Part shown: in pieces, positions 62,109 to 64,000 of the stretch
Numbering within the stretch: position 1 is the first letter of the stretch
Layout: the number at the start of each line of letters is the position of its first letter
DNA from: Mobula hypostoma
Taxonomy: Eukaryota
Direction of reading: 5' to 3'
Assembly (NCBI RefSeq): GCF_963921235.1
Contig: NC_086097.1
Location: 204,292,001 to 204,356,000 of the forward strand
DNA: 64,000 nucleotides
Position numbers and translations under genes: made by a program
Notes under the pieces: model-generated
The model's database searches: none
What the model was told of the DNA's origin: nothing
The model's input: the letters and a program-made list of their open reading frames with translations, nothing else

Positions 62109-64000
62109 AATGGTTGGGGGGTGGGAATCAAATTAAAGAGGCTAGGCGTGAGGAGGTTAGTTCACAACAGAGGGATGGGAACCAGTGCAGAGAGACAGAG
62201 GGGTGTAAAGTGAGGGTAGAAGCAAAAAGTACAAAGGAGAAAAGTAAAAGCGGCAGGCCGACAAATCCAGGGCAAGCATTAAAAAGGGCCACTTTTCAAC
62301 ATAATTGTACAAGGGCTAAGAGAGTTGTAAAAGAGCACCTGAAGGCTTTGTGTGTCAATGCAAGGAGCATTCGTAATAAGGTGGATGAATTGAAAGTGCA
62401 GATTGTTATTAATGATTATGATATAGTTGGGATCACAGAGACATGGCTCCAGGGTGACCAGGGATGGGAGCTCAACGTTCAGGGATATTCAATATTCAGG
62501 AGGGATAGACATGAAGGAAGGGGAGGTGGGGTGGCGTTGCTGGTTAAAGAAGAGATTAACGCAATAGAAAGGAAGGACATAAGCCGGGAAGATGTGGAAT
62601 CGATATGGGTAGAGCTGCGTAACACTAAGGGGCAGAAGACGCTGGTGGGAGTTGTGTACAGGCCACCTAACAGTAGTAGTGAGGTCGGAGATGGTATTAA
62701 ACAGGAAATTAGAAATGTGTGCAATAAAGGAACAGCAGTTATAATGGGTGACTTCAATCTACATGTAGATTGGGTGAACCAAATTGGTAAAGGTGCTGAG
62801 GAAGAGGATTTCTTGGAATGTATGCGGGATGGTTTTTTGAACCAACATGTCGAGGAACCAACTAGAGAGCAGGCTATTCTGGACTGGGTTTTGAGCAATG
62901 AGGAAGGGTTAATTAGCGATCTTGTTGTGAGAGGCCTCTTGGGTAAGAGTGACCATAATATGGTGGAATTCTTCATTAAGATGGAGAGTGACATAGTTAA
63001 TTCAGAAACAAAGGTTCTGAACTTAAAGAGGGGTAACTTTGAAGGTATGAGATGTGAATTAGCTAAGATAGACTGGCAAATGACACTTAAAGGATTGACA
63101 GTGGATATGCAATGGCAAGCATTTAAAGGTTGCATGGATGAACTACAACAATTGTTCATCCCAGTTTGGAAAAAGAATAAATCAAGGAAGGTAGTGCACC
63201 CGTGGCTGACAAGAGAAATTAGGGATAGCATCAATTCCAAAGAAGAAGCATACAAATTAGCCAGAGAAAGTGGCTCACCTGAGGACTGGGAGAAATTCAG
63301 AGTTCAGCAGAGGAGGACAAAGGGCTTAATTAGGAAGGGGAAAAATGATTATGAGAGAAAACTGGCAGGGAACATAAAAACTGACTGTAAAAGCTTTTAT
63401 AGATATGTAAAAAGGAAAAGGCTGGTAAAGACAAATGTAGGTCCCCTGCAGACAGAAACAGGTGAATTGATTATGGGGAGCAAGGACATGGCAGACCAAT
63501 TGAATAATTACTTTGGTTCTGTCTTCACTAAGGAGGACATAAATAATCTTCCAGAAATAGTAGGGGACAGAGGGTCCAGTGAGATGGAGGAACTGAGCAA
63601 AATACATGTTAGTAGGGAAGTGGTGTTAGGTAAATTGAAGGGATTGAAGGCAGATAAATCCCCAGGGCCAGATGGTCTGCATTTTAGAGTGCTTAAGGAA
63701 GTAGCCCAAGAAATAGTGGATGCATTAGTGATAATTTTTCAAAACTCGTTAGATTCTGGACTAGTTCCTGAGGATTGGAGGGTGGCTAATGTAACCCCAC
63801 TTTTTAAAAAAGGAGGGAGAGAGAAACCGGGGAATTATAGACCGGTAAGCCTAATGTCAGTGGTGGGGAAACTGCTGGAGTCAGTTATCAAGGATGTGAT
63901 AACAGCACATTTGGAAAGCGGTGAAATCATCGGACAAAGTCAGCATGGATTTGTGAAAGGAAGATCATGTCTAACGAATCTCATAGAATTTTTTGAGAAT
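62099..64000 (+). CDS. CR1 ORF2 (APE endonuclease and start of RT), open to the window end; not in the ORF track
   Basis: Manual translation found no stop from 62093 to 64000: LCVNARS, ITETW, GGGVA, YRPP, MGDFN, SDHN, KSPGPDG, GNYRPVSL, SQHGF. Confidence 0.92.

Larger units (their letters stand above)
60880..64000 (+). mobile_element. Young CR1 LINE with 5' UTR; runs off the window
   Basis: CpG-rich 5' region, ORF1 with one frameshift, uninterrupted ORF2 frame. Confidence 0.95.

Noticed and set aside
62479..63255. 258-aa minus-strand ORF (also 666-1028, 5020-5388, 61574-61975)
   Set aside because: Antisense shadows of CR1 coding frames with no independent motifs.

Overview
Eukaryotic, repeat-dense intronic or intergenic DNA. 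The repeat content (several CR1 LINE subfamilies, Rex1/Babar fragments, V-SINEs, a DeuSINE relic, Penelope tails) points to a cartilaginous fish, probably a ray; this is inference. No complete host gene is visible, only one candidate 55-bp exon. The window holds two long CR1 LINEs, a near full-length HERO (RLE-type) non-LTR element plus a 3' fragment of a second HERO family, Gypsy and GalEa-like Copia relics, solo/paired/inverted LTRs, L1, Tx1 and L2 fragments, and Tc1/mariner elements. Two signals stand out. (1) Both HERO 3' UTRs fold, with different but complementary stems, into a hammerhead-ribozyme core in non-circularly permuted order with a kink-turn in stem III. (2) Both CR1 ORF1s end in an in-phase U_UUA_AAC heptamer that leads in the -1 frame, without an AUG, into ORF2, suggesting programmed -1 frameshifting. 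Repeat family names come from motif recognition, not database searches, and the boundaries of decayed copies are approximate.
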